The notes below the pieces were generated by a model. That model worked only from the letters and a program-made list of their open reading frames with translations. It had not been told where the DNA came from and did not search any database. This document shows, piece after piece, positions 20,889 to 31,171 of a DNA stretch of 64,000 nucleotides. This DNA comes from an uncultured Eubacteriales bacterium (lineage in GTDB: Bacteria > Bacillota > Clostridia > Oscillospirales > QAMX01): assembly GCA_934546935.1 (NCBI GenBank), contig CAKTEH010000008.1, forward strand, positions 669 to 64,668, given 5' to 3'. The number at the start of each line of letters is the position of its first letter. Positions within the stretch are counted from its first letter, which is position 1. Made by a program: the position numbers and the translations under genes.

Positions 20889-23273
20889 TTATTTATGCTC
20901 CAAAAAAAGTCGATTCATTTTTCTGCATGCGCCTTCAAAACGGTTCATGCCTTGGATCGGGTTAATATAGTATTCAGGCATGATGCTATCGTAAACCTCT
21001 GCAAGAGACTCTCCGTTAAAGTCATGCAAAAAAGCGGGGAGCCTGTCCACGAAGTCAGGGACAATTTCTGTCATACATGCAAGCGCATAATCCAGCGCGG
21101 CAATTTCGTTGATCGTAGAATGCGCGCCTATGCCATAAATGCTTTTGCCTTCGACGGTCATAGGGATTTCTGCAAAGAAATCGACGCTGGATCGTCCGGC
21201 ATAGATAGTATATTCACCGGGATCAACACACCATCCACCATGGTCAGCATCGAAATAACGCAAATCGCTGCGCTTTATTTCAATGTCTATGGTCTTTGTC
21301 TCGCCTGGATCAAGGAAAACCTTGGAAAAGGCTTTTAATTCCCGGAGCGGTTTTAAGACATGGGGTTTATTTTGCCCGACATAGAGCTGGATTACTTCGC
21401 TGTCATGCCGGTTTCCGGTATTTTTTATACTTACCGGGATCGTAACATATGCTTCCGGCTCTTCACGCATAGTAACGCCGCAGGTTCTTGCAGAGACAGA
21501 AAAATTGGAGTAACTTAATCCAAAACCAAATGGATATGCAGCAGGGATGTGCTTTTTATCATAATAACGATAACCCACGAAGATGTCTTCCCCATAATTA
21601 ACAGTGCCATTATAACCGGGGAAATTGATATATGCCGGCGTATCCTCATAGCGCGCCGGGAAGCTTTGCGCAAGACGTCCTCTGGGTGAAGCATTTCCAA
21701 ACAGGATGTCTGCAACAGCGTTTCCGCCTTCACACCCTGGTAGATAGATACATAAAACGGCGTCTGCATCGCTGATCCATTCGCGCATATCGACCGGCCC
21801 GGCTGTATTAAGCACGACTATGGTTTTGATCCCACGACAGTGGGCTTCGGAAAGAACTTTTTTGATTTTAATTCGGTCTTCATGTTCAATTTGCAGGCTC
21901 AGCTGATCGGTATGTTCATGCCCCGGATAGGCTACAGTATAAATCAGCGCCTGCGGATCGCCATCAAACGTTTCAAATTTGCAATTTTCTTTTCCGCAGA
22001 TTTCCTGGACGCGATCTAAAATCCGGCTGGTCTTTTTGGTAAAAATTTGTGTACTGCCACCGCCGCAGTCAATCAGCTCTTTCGAACGCCGGCCCCAAAG
22101 GGTTGTGCGGGCCGTTTTGGGCAATGGGAGAATATTTTCGTTTTTCAAAAGGACTGCGCCGTCGACGATGCAGTCATATACGCACTGCAGCGCCTGAGTA
22201 TCGGAATAGCTTTCCGGATCGGGACGGCCAACCATACCGTTTAACCCTTCATACATCTTTAAGATGTTTAAAACAGCCCGGTCTAACGATTCTATAGAAA
22301 GCTCCCCGCTTTTTATCGCTTTTTCGATATCACAGCGCCGCTGCGGAAGAATGAGATCCATACCTGCCGCAGTTGAGCGCGTTTCATCCCTTGCCGCGCC
22401 CCAGTCGGATACGATACAACCTTCGTAGCCCCATTCTTCACGGAGGACTGTTTTCATCAACCAGGCATTTTGCGCGCAGTGTTCACCGTTGACTTTGTTA
22501 TAAGCCATCATAATGCTTTTGGTTTTGCCTTCTTTTACGGACGCCTCAAAACCCTTGAGATAGATTTCCCGCAGGGCACGCTCTGAAACAAGTGCGTTTA
22601 TGTGGTTTCGGTTCGTTTCCTGATTATTAACGGCAAAATGTTTTGCACATGCACCGACCCCCTCGGACTGGACACCTTGAATGAATGCCGCCGCCATACG
22701 CCCGACCAGATAAGGATCTTCTGAATAACATTCATACCCCCGTCCACATAAAGGGTCGCGCTGGATGTCCACATTTGGCCCCAGGATTACATCCACGCCG
22801 AACATGGCCATTTCTTTCCCAACCGCAGCGCCGCAGCGGCGAACGATTTCAGGGTTCCATGTTGATCCAAGAACAACTCCGGAAGGAAAAGCGGTTGGGT
22901 CTTTTCCATTGGGCATCATTTCGACCAAGGCTTTTGAAATTTTATATTTGAGGCTTCCATCGTCGCCGTGCGCATAGATTTCGTTATATCCCCGCAGCAC
23001 AGCTTCCTCTATGTTTTCGTTTAATTCCTCTTGAAGTCCGGGATCCAGAATTGCGGTTTTTGGGATTTCCTGGGTTATTTCCTGCAGTTTGTCCAGATAT
23101 ACCTGGAGATAACTGATTCCGGTTGCCCCGTCGGCGATGCACAGCGCGGGGAGACCCAGCTCGGGCATCGCTTTTGTCATAATAGAGGTTGCGGTTGCCT
23201 GAAGCCCGATCTTTTGTTCAAGCGTCATGCTTTTGACCAATTCTTTAAGATCACAGCCATGGAAATATTTCAC
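20889..23273 (-). CDS. Glycoside hydrolase family 3 (beta-glucosidase/beta-xylosidase-like) with a C-terminal Fn3-like domain
   Basis: GTG start with AAAGGAG 9 nt upstream. GH3 N-terminal TIM-barrel motifs are present (HFAVNNQETNR, GCIVSDWGA with the nucleophile Asp context). The GH3 C-terminal domain and the Fn3-like tail (VIQLYVGQ...LKAFSKVFLDPGETKTIDIEI) follow. Confidence 0.9.
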   Translation of the reverse strand: MKYFHGCDLKELVKSMTLEQKIGLQATATSIMTKAMPELGLPALCIADGATGISYLQVYLDKLQEITQEIPKTAILDPGLQEELNENIEEAVLRGYNEIYAHGDDGSLKYKISKALVEMMPNGKDPTAFPSGVVLGSTWNPEIVRRCGAAVGKEMAMFGVDVILGPNVDIQRDPLCGRGYECYSEDPYLVGRMAAAFIQGVQSEGVGACAKHFAVNNQETNRNHINALVSERALREIYLKGFEASVKEGKTKSIMMAYNKVNGEHCAQNAWLMKTVLREEWGYEGCIVSDWGAARDETRSTAAGMDLILPQRRCDIEKAIKSGELSIESLDRAVLNILKMYEGLNGMVGRPDPESYSDTQALQCVYDCIVDGAVLLKNENILPLPKTARTTLWGRRSKELIDCGGGSTQIFTKKTSRILDRVQEICGKENCKFETFDGDPQALIYTVAYPGHEHTDQLSLQIEHEDRIKIKKVLSEAHCRGIKTIVVLNTAGPVDMREWISDADAVLCIYLPGCEGGNAVADILFGNASPRGRLAQSFPARYEDTPAYINFPGYNGTVNYGEDIFVGYRYYDKKHIPAAYPFGFGLSYSNFSVSARTCGVTMREEPEAYVTIPVSIKNTGNRHDSEVIQLYVGQNKPHVLKPLRELKAFSKVFLDPGETKTIDIEIKRSDLRYFDADHGGWCVDPGEYTIYAGRSSVDFFAEIPMTVEGKSIYGIGAHSTINEIAALDYALACMTEIVPDFVDRLPAFLHDFNGESLAEVYDSIMPEYYINPIQGMNRFEGACRKMNRLFLEHK

Positions 23274-23556
23274 TTTTTCACGCTCCTTTCTGGATTGACA
23301 ATTTGATTTTATGCAAAGAAAAGCTTTTTGTCAAGAAAATACACGATTACTGACTGTCGAACTGTAAAGTACAGTGAGTCGATGAAGGGGGTTCCTGCTC
23401 TGTAGGGCTCTGCCCCTTTTTATTTCTATATATAATACGTGGATTTTTATTTAGTCATGAATTTAAATGGAACGATGAGGCTGGTATCTAAACGAATTTT
23501 GGTAAAACCTGATGTTAGAATGAATTTTCCCAGATCTGTAGGGAAATGCGAAACTT

Positions 23557-24569
23557 TTGTCTTATGAAGTATTGAATGCAAAAATGGCAAAGCAGGAAAA
23601 GCTTTGGATAGATTTCTTTGATAGAATAAACCCGAAAGACGAGATAGAAGGTGTTTATATGGGATACGAAAAGGTAGTGCAGGCATCTGTAGACGAAATT
23701 GACCGCCGGATCACAGAGCACATCCGCACAGAGGAGCTTGCAGGCAATGCCGGTTATTCTGTATTTCATTTCTGCCGGGTTTTTGTTCATCTGACTGGAC
23801 TTCCGGTGCAGACCTATATCACCCGGCGCAAACTTGCGTACGCGCTGTACGCGCTGCAAGAGGGCGGAAAGGTGATCGATGTAGCAATACAGTATGGGTT
23901 TGAGACACATGCGGGTTTTACCAAAGCGTTTAAACGGCAGTTTGGCTTCCCGCCGTCTTTGTACCGCCTGTATGCTGATGCGCCGCCGCCCGGACATATG
24001 ACGATTGAAAAAATCAAAAAAAGTTATGGAGGAAGAAAAATGCAGGTTCAGATGAGACAGATACGGCCTTTTCCTGTTGTGGACTATCCGTCAAGGCACA
24101 TGATGCCGGGTGTGAGCGGGATTTCCGATATCCCGGTCTTTTGGGATCGTGTCCATATGGATTATGGTCCGGGACTTTCTACTCTGCACTATATCTATAA
24201 AAGATCCCATCACTGCGAAGTAGGCGTTTGTTTCGATGTGGATGACGAACACGACGGTTTCACGTATATGCTGGGCGTGGGTGTTGACGAGGCGGATGCG
24301 GATATCCCGCAGCGTCCAGGTACATATCTGCACCGGATAGCAGGGGGTTATATGCGGTGTTCACGACGCCGCTTGTAGAGGAGGATCTCTACCCGCAGTC
24401 TATCCGGCAGACATGGCAGGAAATCCTTACGCACTGGCTGCCGGAATCGGCTTATGTCTGCGATGATACAAGGGCTGCTTTTGAGTATTATGACACACGC
24501 GACCATGCATGGCTGCATGACGGAAAAAGCCAGATGGATATTTATATTCCTGTCTGCAAACGGGCATAA
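23557..24569 (+). pseudogene. AraC-family regulator with a GyrI-like effector domain, split by a frameshift in a G5 tract
   Basis: Track ORFs 23557-24378 and 24357-24569 are two frames of one protein. The HTH part is ...YSVFHFCRVFVHLTGLPVQTYITRRKLAYALYAL...GFETHAGFTKAFKRQFGFPPS. The GyrI-like part reads ...TYLHRIAGG in frame 1 and LYAVFTTPLVEEDLY...FEYYD...MDIYIPVCK in the other frame from 24348. The junction is GGGGG at 24343-24347. The true start is uncertain (possibly ATG 23659). Confidence 0.75.
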
Positions 24570-24658
24570 GTATCCCGGCTTTTTTATTCCGTATTGGAAG
24601 TTGTTTCAAGCGCACGGCGGATTTCCTTTGGAAATCCGCCGTGCGCTTTGTTTTTTAC

Positions 24659-25543
24659 TTATAACGTATGTTCTGGATTTGCGGAAGCCAGTTCCTCCCA
24701 GCATAGTTGTGCGCAGTGCGGAAGGAATGCAGCTTTCCGGCATACAACGGCGATTTCGCTGGACAGGCCGGGATCGGCAATCGTCCTGATTTCCATGTGC
24801 ATACGGTCTTGCGCAGACAATGCAGAAGCGGGCAGGATGCCGACACCGAGCCCGCTGCATGCAAGGGAAAGAGTCATATGCGCGTCGTCGTTGCGGCAGA
24901 GGATGTGCGGTGTGCAGCCTGCGGCCGCAAAGCGGCTGCAGAGCACGGCTTCCCAGCGCCGGTAAAGGATCAACGGCAGTTCGGCAAGTTCAGACAGGAC
25001 GATTGTACCTCCTGGATGCGGGAAATATGTATGTGTTCCAACGGCCAGCAGCGCTTCGCGCCGAAGGCGTAGGACTTCCATGTCCGGGATGGAAAATGGC
25101 GTACGGATCAAAGCAATATCCAGCTGTCCTGCGCGAAGCTGTTCCAGAAGCTGGTAGGTGTTTCCGGAAAAAAGCGCATAGCGTACAGCCGGATGCCGGT
25201 TATGAAAGCCACATATCCATTTAAGAAATGCCGGCCCGCCGACAGAAGAGACAACGCCGAGACGCAGGGTTCCCATTGTGCCATTGCGGTATTGCGCCAT
25301 CTCTTCCTGTGCTGCGCCGCACAGCCCGAGAATCGCCTGCGCACGCTGATAAAAGCTGCGTCCGGCTTCTGTCAGGCAAAGCCGCCGGCCCTGCCGTTCA
25401 AAAAGCCGGCATCCAAGCTCGTTTTCCAGCATGTGGATCTGTGCGCTCAGCGGGGGCTGCGTCATATTCAGACGTTTGGCGGCGGCAAGGACAGTCCCCT
25501 CCTCAACAACTGTGGTAAAATAGAGCAGCTGGCGGATTTCCAT
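24659..25543 (-). CDS. LysR-family transcriptional regulator
   Basis: The N-terminal wHTH MEIRQLLYFTTVVEEGTVLAAAKRLNMTQPPLSAQIHMLENELGCRLFER is followed by a LysR substrate-binding domain. It is divergent from the ABC exporter pair. Confidence 0.9.
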   Translation of the reverse strand: MEIRQLLYFTTVVEEGTVLAAAKRLNMTQPPLSAQIHMLENELGCRLFERQGRRLCLTEAGRSFYQRAQAILGLCGAAQEEMAQYRNGTMGTLRLGVVSSVGGPAFLKWICGFHNRHPAVRYALFSGNTYQLLEQLRAGQLDIALIRTPFSIPDMEVLRLRREALLAVGTHTYFPHPGGTIVLSELAELPLILYRRWEAVLCSRFAAAGCTPHILCRNDDAHMTLSLACSGLGVGILPASALSAQDRMHMEIRTIADPGLSSEIAVVCRKAAFLPHCAQLCWEELASANPEHTL

Positions 25544-25656
25544 GAATGTTCTCCCTTTATACGGATTCCATATAAGTATAGCATAAAATCGGGATTATTC
25601 ATATGGGTCTGTTTGTGGTATACTAAATATGAAAAACCTGCAAAGGAGTGCCGGAT

Positions 25657-27393
25657 TTGAAAGGGTTGTTTTCCAGTTTAAAGTTATATAAAAAGGAGAG
25701 TATTTTGGCACCGCTATTTAAAATGCTGGAAGCTGCATTTGACTTGATCGTCCCGTTGATTATGGCGGATATCATAAATACGGGTATTGCCGGGCAGGAT
25801 CTGCCGTATATTCTGAAACGCAGCGGCCTGCTGGTGATTTTGGCGCTTGTAGGCTTTGCCTGCAGCGTGACGGCGCAGTATTTTGCAGCGCGGGCGGCAG
25901 TGGGCTGTGCCGCCGCGCTGCGCCGCAGCCTGTTTGCCCATATTCAGTCGCTGGGGTTTTCTGAACTGGACGCGTTGGGACCCAGTACGCTTGTTACCCG
26001 TATGACCAGTGATATCAACCAGGTGCAAAGCGGGGTCAACCTGTTCCTGCGCCTGTTTTTGCGCAGCCCTTTCGTCGTGTTCGGCGCAATGGTGATGGCT
26101 TTCACGGTTGACAGGCAGATTGCCCTGCTCTTCGCCGCGGCAATTCCGGCATTGGCAGCGGTTATATTTGGTATTATGCTCTGGACGATGCCTTTATATA
26201 AAAAAGTGCAGGCGCGGCTTGACCGGATACTGGGGATTACCCGTGAAAACCTCTCAGGCGTGCGGGTTGTAAGGGCATTTAACAGGGAAACGGCGGAAAT
26301 ACAACGTTTTGAAACGGCAAACGGGGCGCTGGCCGGGACGCAGTGTAAAGTTGGGCGTATCAGTGCGCTGATGAACCCGCTGACCTATCTGATCGTAAAC
26401 CTTGCCGTGATCGCTATCCTCCATTCCGGCGCGGCCGCCGTGGATGCAGGCCGCCTGCTGCCGGGCGATCTGGTTGCGCTGATCAGCTATATGACCCAGA
26501 TCCTGATTGAGCTTGTAAAACTTGCCAATCTGATTATTCAGGTTACTAAGGCTGTGGCGTGTGCAGGCCGTGTGCAGAGTGTGCTGGATATACAGCCTGC
26601 CATGCAATTCCCTGAAGCGCTTTCTCCCCGGCCGCAGGGGAACGGAGAAGCGGTACGTTTTACCCATGTCAGTCTGCGTTACAGGGGTGCAGGCGCAGAG
26701 AGCCTTACGGATATCAGCTTTGAAGCGCTATGCGGACAGACCATCGGCGTCATTGGCGGAACCGGAAGCGGAAAATCCAGTCTGGTTAACCTGATTCCGC
26801 GCTTTTATGATGCCAGCGCCGGGGAAATCCGCGTCCTGGGCCGTCCGGTACAAGACTGGCCGCGGGAAGTGCTGCGTAAAAAAATAGGGACAGTCATGCA
26901 GCGCGCGCAGCTATTCTCCGGCACCGTCCGTTCCAATCTCTGCTGGGGTTGTGCAGGAGCTTCCGATACGCAGCTGTGGGCGGCGTTGGAAACTGCACAG
27001 GCGGCAGATTTTGTACATGCGGCTCCCGGCGGGCTGGATGCGCCCGTAGAGCAGGGCGGGCGCAATTTCTCCGGCGGCCAGCGCCAGCGCCTGACCATTG
27101 CGCGTGCATTGGTGACGGAACCGGAAATCCTGATTTTGGATGACAGCGCCAGTGCGTTGGATTTTGCAACGGATGCTGCGCTGCGCCGGGCTTTGGCTGC
27201 ACTTGCGGGGAAGACAACGATTTTTATTGTATCGCAGCGCACTTCGAGCCTGCGGCATGCGGATCAGATACTGGTGTTGGACGACGGACATCTTGCCGGA
27301 TGCGGAACGCATGACGGACTGCTGGCGTCGTGTGCGGTATACCGGGAGATTTATGAAAGCCAGTTTCAGAAAGGGGATGCGGCGCATGCGTAA
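25657..27393 (+). CDS. ABC exporter, fused permease/ATPase (heterodimer partner 1)
   Basis: A six-TM domain is followed by an NBD with Walker A GGTGSGKSS, signature FSGGQRQR and Walker B ILILDDSAS. I prefer TTG 25657 (AGGAG 8 nt upstream) over the track GTG 25648, which overlaps the SD. Confidence 0.9.
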   Translation: MKGLFSSLKLYKKESILAPLFKMLEAAFDLIVPLIMADIINTGIAGQDLPYILKRSGLLVILALVGFACSVTAQYFAARAAVGCAAALRRSLFAHIQSLGFSELDALGPSTLVTRMTSDINQVQSGVNLFLRLFLRSPFVVFGAMVMAFTVDRQIALLFAAAIPALAAVIFGIMLWTMPLYKKVQARLDRILGITRENLSGVRVVRAFNRETAEIQRFETANGALAGTQCKVGRISALMNPLTYLIVNLAVIAILHSGAAAVDAGRLLPGDLVALISYMTQILIELVKLANLIIQVTKAVACAGRVQSVLDIQPAMQFPEALSPRPQGNGEAVRFTHVSLRYRGAGAESLTDISFEALCGQTIGVIGGTGSGKSSLVNLIPRFYDASAGEIRVLGRPVQDWPREVLRKKIGTVMQRAQLFSGTVRSNLCWGCAGASDTQLWAALETAQAADFVHAAPGGLDAPVEQGGRNFSGGQRQRLTIARALVTEPEILILDDSASALDFATDAALRRALAALAGKTTIFIVSQRTSSLRHADQILVLDDGHLAGCGTHDGLLASCAVYREIYESQFQKGDAAHA

Positions 27394-29155
27394 AAAAGAA
27401 AACGTGCATAACATCCAAAGCGGTGCTGTGCTCCGGCGTGTTTTACGTACGGCTGCGCCATATTGGTTTTTTATACTGGCAAGCCTTGTATGCGCGGCGC
27501 TCGGCGTGGCTGCGCAGCTTTATGTGCCGGTTCTGACTGGACGGGCGATCGACCGGATGCTTGCCGCGGGTCAGGTGGATTTTGCCGCCGTAGGGCAGAT
27601 TCTGGTTTCTATTGCGGCGGCTACGCTGATAACGCTGCTGACGCAGTGGTTGATGTCGGTGTGCAACAACCGTGTTGCTTATTTTGTATGCCGGGATTTG
27701 CGCAATGCGGCGATCCGGAAGATCCAAAAGCTTCCGCTTTCCTATCTGGATACACATCCGGCCGGAGATCTTGTCAGCCGTATCATTGCCGATGCGGATA
27801 CTTTTGCAGACGGCCTGCTGATGGGCTTTACCCAACTGTTTACCGGTGTTCTTACTATAGCAGGTACGCTGTGCTTCATGCTCAGCGTCAATATACCGAT
27901 TACGCTGGTTGTGGTAGTGTTGACGCCGCTGAGCCTGTTTGCGGCGGGCTTTATCGCAAAGCGCAGCTATGGGCATTTTCAGCAGCAGACTGTGGACCGG
28001 GGGGAACAGACCGCGCTGGTTAACGAGATGATCGAGGGGCAACGGGTGGTACAGGCCTTTGGCCATGAAGCGGCGAGCCTTGCAGATTTTGATAAAACCA
28101 ATCAACGGCTGGAAAAAACCAGCCTCAAGGCGGTCTTTTTTTCCAGCCTTACGAACCCTGTCACACGTTTTATCAACAGCCTTGTTTATGCGGGCGTTGG
28201 GCTCAGCGGCGCGTTGTATGCAGTTTCCGGTGGGATTACGGTTGGAGAGCTGAGTATTTTTCTGAGCTATGCCAACCAATATGCAAAGCCCTTCAATGAA
28301 ATTTCCGGTGTGGTAACAGAACTGCAGAATGCACTGGCCTGTGCAGCGCGGATTTTCCAGTTGCTTGACGCGCCGGTGGAGCCGTCCGAGTCCGCCTGCA
28401 CCGATACGCTGCAGGCGGATGGCCATGTGCAGCTTACAGACGTATGCTTTGGTTATGAGCCTGGACGTCCATTGATTGAAAATCTGAATCTTGATGTGCA
28501 GCCCGGCCAGCGCATCGCCATTGTCGGTCCCACCGGCTGCGGAAAGACCACGCTGATAAACCTCCTGATGCGTTTCTATGATGTGGACGCAGGGCGTATT
28601 GCGGTGTCCGGTCAGGATATCCGCTCCGTTACCCGCGCTTCCCTGCATAAAAGCTACGGGATGGTGCTGCAGGATACCTGGCTGTGCGGCGCGACAGTAC
28701 GGGAAAACATCGCATATGGGAAGCCGGAAGCAAGCGAGGCGGAAATTATTGCCGCAGCGAAGGCGGCGCATGCCCATAGCTTTATTACCCGTCTTCCAGA
28801 TGGATATGATACGGTGATTTCTGAGGATGGCGGGAATCTGAGCCAGGGGCAGAAGCAGCTTCTGTGCATCGCGAGGGTTATGCTCACACTTCCGCCGATG
28901 CTTATTCTCGATGAGGCAACCAGCTCTATTGATACGCGCACGGAAGTCCAGATCCAGTCGGCATTTTCGCGCATGATGCAGGGCCGCACCAGCTTTATCG
29001 TTGCACACCGTCTGTCCACGATCCGGGAGGCGGACCGTATTCTGGTCATGCGCAGCGGCAATATTGTGGAGCAGGGGGATCATGAATCCCTTATGGCTGC
29101 GGATGGATTTTATGCGCAGCTGTATAACAGCCAGTTTGAAGGGCTGGAGATATAA
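27386..29155 (+). CDS. ABC exporter, fused permease/ATPase (heterodimer partner 2)
   Basis: Start set at ATG 27386 (MRKKENVHNIQS...), overlapping the upstream stop by 8 nt. Walker A GPTGCGKTT, signature LSQGQKQL and Walker B LILDEATSSID are present. The track start at 27140 lies inside the previous gene. Confidence 0.9.
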   Translation: MRKKENVHNIQSGAVLRRVLRTAAPYWFFILASLVCAALGVAAQLYVPVLTGRAIDRMLAAGQVDFAAVGQILVSIAAATLITLLTQWLMSVCNNRVAYFVCRDLRNAAIRKIQKLPLSYLDTHPAGDLVSRIIADADTFADGLLMGFTQLFTGVLTIAGTLCFMLSVNIPITLVVVVLTPLSLFAAGFIAKRSYGHFQQQTVDRGEQTALVNEMIEGQRVVQAFGHEAASLADFDKTNQRLEKTSLKAVFFSSLTNPVTRFINSLVYAGVGLSGALYAVSGGITVGELSIFLSYANQYAKPFNEISGVVTELQNALACAARIFQLLDAPVEPSESACTDTLQADGHVQLTDVCFGYEPGRPLIENLNLDVQPGQRIAIVGPTGCGKTTLINLLMRFYDVDAGRIAVSGQDIRSVTRASLHKSYGMVLQDTWLCGATVRENIAYGKPEASEAEIIAAAKAAHAHSFITRLPDGYDTVISEDGGNLSQGQKQLLCIARVMLTLPPMLILDEATSSIDTRTEVQIQSAFSRMMQGRTSFIVAHRLSTIREADRILVMRSGNIVEQGDHESLMAADGFYAQLYNSQFEGLEI

Positions 29156-29371
29156 AGATGATTTCCCCGGAAATGCCGCATACGACTTCCCAACCCTGCC
29201 CGCCGGTGAATTACGGATGCAGAAGAATTCCCCAGGCTGCAGGCGGGAAAAACGGCCGGACCGGAATCCCCGTTGGCTCCGGCGCTGTGGACAAACCAGA
29301 CAGGCGTTTTTTTGTGCAGAAAAGCGAAGTGAAAAAATGTGCGGTTTTATCGCAGATGCGGGGATTCTTTG

Positions 29372-29400
29372 TTGCAACCGAAGTTTTTTTGTACTATAAT
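29372..29400 (+). promoter_or_regulatory. Promoter of azlCD
   Basis: TTGCAA (29372-29377), a 17-nt spacer, then TATAAT (29395-29400). Confidence 0.55.
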
Positions 29401-29431
29401 TTGCTCTGTTATTGTATAAAATGGAGCGGAT

Positions 29432-30148
29432 ATGAAAAAAACGTTGTTTTTAAAGGGGCTATCTGACGGGCTTCCGATCTGCCTGGGTTATTTGTCGGTT
29501 GCGTTTGCTTTTGGCATTTTTTCGGTAGGCAGCGGGCTGTCAGTCTGGGAAACTGTTTTAATCTCTATGGCCAATGTCACATCTGCCGGACAGCTTGCCG
29601 GTGTGCCGGTTATTGCCGGCGGAGGTTCGCTGCTGGAAATGGCGGCGAGCCAGCTTGTAATCAATCTTCGCTATGCGCTGATGTCGGTTGCCCTGTCGCA
29701 GAAGTTGGATGCGTCGGTTACCCTGCCGCACCGCGTATGCATCGCTTTTGTCAATACGGACGAGGTTTTTGCGGTTGCATCGGCACAGAAGGGGCGTATT
29801 AGCTGCACCTATTTATATGGTCTGATCTTACTGCCTTATCTGGGCTGGAGCCTTGGGACGCTGCTTGGCGCGGTTGCAGGCGATATATTGCCCTCTATGC
29901 TGACCAGCGCGCTGGGGATCGCAATTTACGGGATGTTTATCGCCATCGTTGCGCCGCAGGCCGGACGCAGCCGGGCTGTGGCGCTGTGCGTGCTGCTTGC
30001 GGCGGGGCTGAGCTGCCTGTTCCGTTTTCTGCCCTTCCTGTCCGGCGTGCCATCGGGCTTTGTGATTATTGTATGTGCGGTAATATCCAGCGGCATACTG
30101 GCTTTTGCCGCACCTTTGGAGCTTACGCAGGAGGATAGAGATGCATAA
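29432..30148 (+). CDS. azlC: AzlC-family branched-chain amino acid exporter subunit
   Basis: GLSDGLPICLGYLSVAFAFGI...MANVTSAGQLAG...QLVINLRYALMS are AzlC signatures. It is a polytopic protein. Confidence 0.85.
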   Translation: MKKTLFLKGLSDGLPICLGYLSVAFAFGIFSVGSGLSVWETVLISMANVTSAGQLAGVPVIAGGGSLLEMAASQLVINLRYALMSVALSQKLDASVTLPHRVCIAFVNTDEVFAVASAQKGRISCTYLYGLILLPYLGWSLGTLLGAVAGDILPSMLTSALGIAIYGMFIAIVAPQAGRSRAVALCVLLAAGLSCLFRFLPFLSGVPSGFVIIVCAVISSGILAFAAPLELTQEDRDA

Positions 30149-30473
30149 GCCTGGATTTTTGCTGTATCTGCTTGTGATGGCGGGCGTGACTTATCTGATC
30201 CGTATGCTCCCGTTCGTTTTCGTACGCAAAAAGATTGCCAATCGCTATATATTATCCTTCCTGCACTATATTCCGTATGCCGTACTCAGCGCGATGACCG
30301 TACCCGCGTGTTTTTATGCTACGGGAAACGTGTGGAGCGCAACTGCCGGCGTTGGCATGGCGCTTGTGCTGGCGTACCGCGGTAAAGGCCTGCTGGCCGT
30401 CGCCGCCGGCGCATGTGCCGCAGTATTTCTGACGGAGCTTTTGATACTTTGTTTTTCTGCACCGTTGGTGTGA
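30141..30473 (+). CDS. azlD: AzlD-family small membrane subunit
   Basis: Start set at ATG 30141 (MHKPGFLLYLLVMAGVTYLIRMLPFVF), with GGAGG upstream. It overlaps the azlC stop by 8 nt. Confidence 0.8.
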   Translation: MHKPGFLLYLLVMAGVTYLIRMLPFVFVRKKIANRYILSFLHYIPYAVLSAMTVPACFYATGNVWSATAGVGMALVLAYRGKGLLAVAAGACAAVFLTELLILCFSAPLV

Positions 30474-30616
30474 GGAAATCCTCCGTAACGGCGCCGCGGG
30501 TATTGTACCCTGCCAGCTTCCGGACAAATTATATTTTTCTTGGGGGTCACCAGATGTGGAAAGCTGTTAGAAATACGGTAAGGAAAAGATAAACTGAAAT
30601 TTGGAGGGGTAGTGCT

Positions 30617-31015
30617 GTGTGGCGGAAATTATATAATGCCGCAATTAAAGTTCAAAATGACAGAGCAATTTCCCCTTTTATAGATGCAGGCGGCGTCGCG
30701 GCGGCGATCCTTACAAAACAGGGGAATATTTATGTAGGCGTTTGTATCGATACGGCGTCTGGCTTGGGAATGTGCGCCGAAAGGAACGCAATTGCAAATA
30801 TGATTACAAACGGGGAAAGCCAGATTGATAAGGTTGTTGCTGTAATGCCAGATGGAAAACTTGGCTCCCCCTGCGGCGCTTGTCGCGAATATATGATGCA
30901 GCTGGATAAATGCAGCGGGGATATTGAGATTCTTCTCGGTCTTGAGACGGAAAAAACCGTTAAACTAAAAGAATTACTCCCCGATTGGTGGGGAAAGGAA
31001 AGATTTGACGAGTGA
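30617..31015 (+). CDS. Cytidine deaminase-fold zinc enzyme (Cdd / blasticidin-S-deaminase-like)
   Basis: GTG start after GGAGGGG. Zinc motifs CAERNA and SPCGACRE are present, with the C-terminal ELLPDWWG. The size (132 aa) matches homotetrameric CDA-type enzymes. Confidence 0.8.
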   Translation: MWRKLYNAAIKVQNDRAISPFIDAGGVAAAILTKQGNIYVGVCIDTASGLGMCAERNAIANMITNGESQIDKVVAVMPDGKLGSPCGACREYMMQLDKCSGDIEILLGLETEKTVKLKELLPDWWGKERFDE

Positions 31016-31136
31016 CTTGGGAAAATCCGGCTTATTGGGCTGCGCTTCCTGGAAACGTTCCCCCGCGTCAATTTCGCAAGGGCGGATTTCCGGCTTCAGC
31101 ATTGATCCGGAAGGGAAAGAGAGACTGTGCGGTGAA

Positions 31137-31165
31137 TTGACAAAATTCGTAGGCTGTGTTATAAT
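31137..31165 (+). promoter_or_regulatory. Near-consensus sigma-70 promoter with extended -10
   Basis: TTGACA (31137-31142), a 17-nt spacer, then TGtTATAAT (hexamer 31160-31165). It lies about 430 nt upstream of the first plausible speA start. Confidence 0.65.
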
Positions 31166-31171
31166 AAGATG

